Below are positions 38,001 to 38,762 of a DNA stretch of 38,762 nucleotides, piece after piece. Made by a program: the position numbers and the translations under genes. The number at the start of each line of letters is the position of its first letter. The stretch's first letter is position 1. Below the pieces are notes generated by a model. It saw nothing but the letters and a program-made list of their open reading frames with translations, was not told the DNA's origin and did not search any database. Source of the DNA: Polyangiaceae bacterium (GTDB lineage: Bacteria; Myxococcota_A; Polyangia; Polyangiales; Polyangiaceae); contig JBILLK010000048.1 in the NCBI GenBank assembly GCA_044376115.1, positions 1-38,762 of the forward strand. Reading direction: 5' to 3'.

Positions 38001-38154
38001 TGAGCTCGAACTCGGCACGTACGCAGCGGTTCCTCTCTTCCTTCGAGAGGTTGCCGATGAAGTAGTACCCGAGATTGCCGGGCCGCTTTTCATCGGTGAA
38101 GAGCGCGATGACACGCTCCTGCGTCTTGCGCTCGGAGCGGGGCTTCTTAGACAC
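35062..38154 (-). CDS. hsdR: Type I restriction endonuclease subunit R
   Basis: RPDLVLYING..IELKR nuclease motif, WHTQGSGKS, DECHR, GFTGTP, LLTGFDAP, QAICRTNR; GTG at 38154 after GGAGG. Confidence 0.95.
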   Translation of the reverse strand: MSKKPRSERKTQERVIALFTDEKRPGNLGYYFIGNLSKEERNRCVRAEFELNLERRGYSGAHITRALEELHKAIDSTGTTLYAANLRTYQLLRYGVQVKVSEARPHETVHLIDWAHPENNDFFLAEEVTLKGGHERRPDLVLYINGLAIAVIELKRSSVEIADGVRQLITNQEEIFNKSFFSTVQLVLAGSDSQGLRYGTIGTPEQFFVEWKDEAPQASNPDEGALLDRPLAQLCNKTRLLDLLRNFIIFDAGQKKVPRQHQYFGVKAAQERIAKKEGGVIWHTQGSGKSILMVLIAKWLLEHDPDARILVVTDRDELDKQIEGVMKNAGVIGAESASPRITSRAEFVEKLGAATPRLLCALIHKFDASDLKGEPPPVKGRFYVFVDECHRTQGGDMNKQMKRWLESAIFIGFTGTPLLRKDKVMTRDVFGTYIHAYKFHQAVADKVVLDLKYEARDVPQRLTSQAAIDKWFEQKTKGLNNFQKAVLRKRWATMEELMSAGERKQRIIANIIEDFSLKPRLNNDRGTAILVAPSIYDACHYYRLFQNTSFGPYCGIVTSYEPNHNAISREPKDSDERYKFDTYTKHVLKAGQTTKQYEDEIKRRFIEEPANLKLLIVVSKLLTGFDAPSCTYIYLDNELRDHNLFQAICRTNRLDGDDKDYGHIVDFKELFGDVQQAIAVYSSDELDIDDGGDAENNVHLKNWLEEGKKKLDEAREALRYLCEPVAPPREVEQFLHYFCGDAAKPNALNETEPLRIAFYKAVAVFVRAFAAIAQDLPEAGYSDVEAVALQKDVELYGDLRAAIKKHSGEELDIKPYEADMRHLINTYVQADPAADLGELGEMSLTELIIETGIHDAIAKKLNEKGKLSKNAIAEGIINNVRKTIIRDQLTDPRFYEQMSKLLDDLIKQSRADAAAYEEFLRKAEALVKRLAAKQPEAGIPAVLHGKREASVLFNNLGSIKASTFACPTSDDDKAALALTIDATVRERAPAGWKGDQAREAQVLNALFPLLERDREATQALFEIIKNQPGY

Positions 38155-38563
38155 GAGCACCTCCGTTCACGAGGCGCGTCCTGCCGGTGAGCAGCTCTTG
38201 CATCATCGCCTTCTTGAGGTTGCCAGTCTTCTCGCGCCGGGCGCCGAGTGCGGCGATCTCCGCATCGACGTCGCTCAGCGCGGCGGCGATGGCGCGCTGT
38301 TCCTCCAGTGTCGGCGGAAGCGGAACGAGCATCCGCGTGATCATGTCCCTGCGAACGGAGTCGACAGACGACTTCGCCGTCATCTGCATGATGCGGCTGT
38401 AGAAATGGGTGCTGAAATAGAGGTAGAAGGAATATCCGTCTACTTGTTCGCTAAAGTTAGAGATGCGGTAGACGCGCTGGTGAACGTCGAATCGGCCGTT
38501 GATGGAGTGGAATACTTTGCCGGTGCCGACTCCGTCGCCCGCCGTAAGTACCGCCTCGCCATC
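38147..38563 (-). pseudogene. hsdS: 3' part of the type I R-M specificity subunit (5' part deleted)
   Basis: DGEAVLTAGDGVGTGKVFH..HQRVYRI..LPPTLEEQRAIAAALSDVDAEI..KKAMMQELLTG; joined at about 38560 to TetR sequence. Confidence 0.85.
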
Positions 38564-38762
38564 GCGCCGACCATCTGCGTCGCCAGCTGACGGAAGCCGA
38601 AGGCCGCGACCGCCGTCATCAGCGCGGACTTGTCGTCGAAGTGCCGGTAGGCCGCATTGGCCGACACGCCGACTTCGCGCGCTGCCTCACGCAAGCTGAA
38701 CGAGGACGTTCCACTCGTCTCGATCAGCCGGACGGCCGACGCCACGAGGGCGTTGCGGAGGT
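38557..38762 (-). pseudogene. TetR-family regulator N-terminal HTH (3' truncated; start outside the window)
   Basis: LRNALVASAVRLIETSG..FSLREAAREVGVSANAAYRHFDDKSAL..GF, then out-of-frame hsdS DNA. Confidence 0.8.

Noticed and set aside
36166..38190. 674-aa plus-strand ORF (also 34996-36147)
   Set aside because: Antisense to hsdR

Overview
GC-rich (roughly 70%) accessory region, probably from a myxobacterium (Polyangiaceae-like; inferred from Gly-rich lipoproteins, a collagen-like protein, Uma2 and three sigma factors). 1-5.2 kb: a metal (probably zinc)-limitation cluster with two COG0523 GTPases plus a remnant of a third, a NiCoT/UreH-type transporter, DUF1826, a MerC-like protein and two lipoproteins; five copies of the palindrome TGCAAC-N3-GTTGCA (Zur-box-like) lie upstream of these units. 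5.2-20.6 kb: redox/stress and envelope genes (DHFR-family, GlxA-type AraC + isochorismatase, two ECF sigma modules, phospholipase D, collagen-like operon, azoreductase, SDR + HxlR), with gene remnants and a non-coding inverted-repeat family with a fixed 29-nt spacer. 20.6-38.8 kb: a decaying mobile/defence island. It holds three copies of a paired 45-bp hairpin element linked to an IS91/ISCR-like transposase remnant and to copies of the 3' end of a HerA/FtsK-like ATPase, Uma2, a type IV AbiE pair (toxin truncated), a GNAT toxin-antitoxin pair, a nine-unit 41-42 bp palindromic array upstream of an orphan gene, a DUF4365-like remnant, and a type I R-M locus whose hsdS is fused out of frame to a TetR 5' end (no hsdM in the window). 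All family calls come from motif recognition by eye; no database searches were run.
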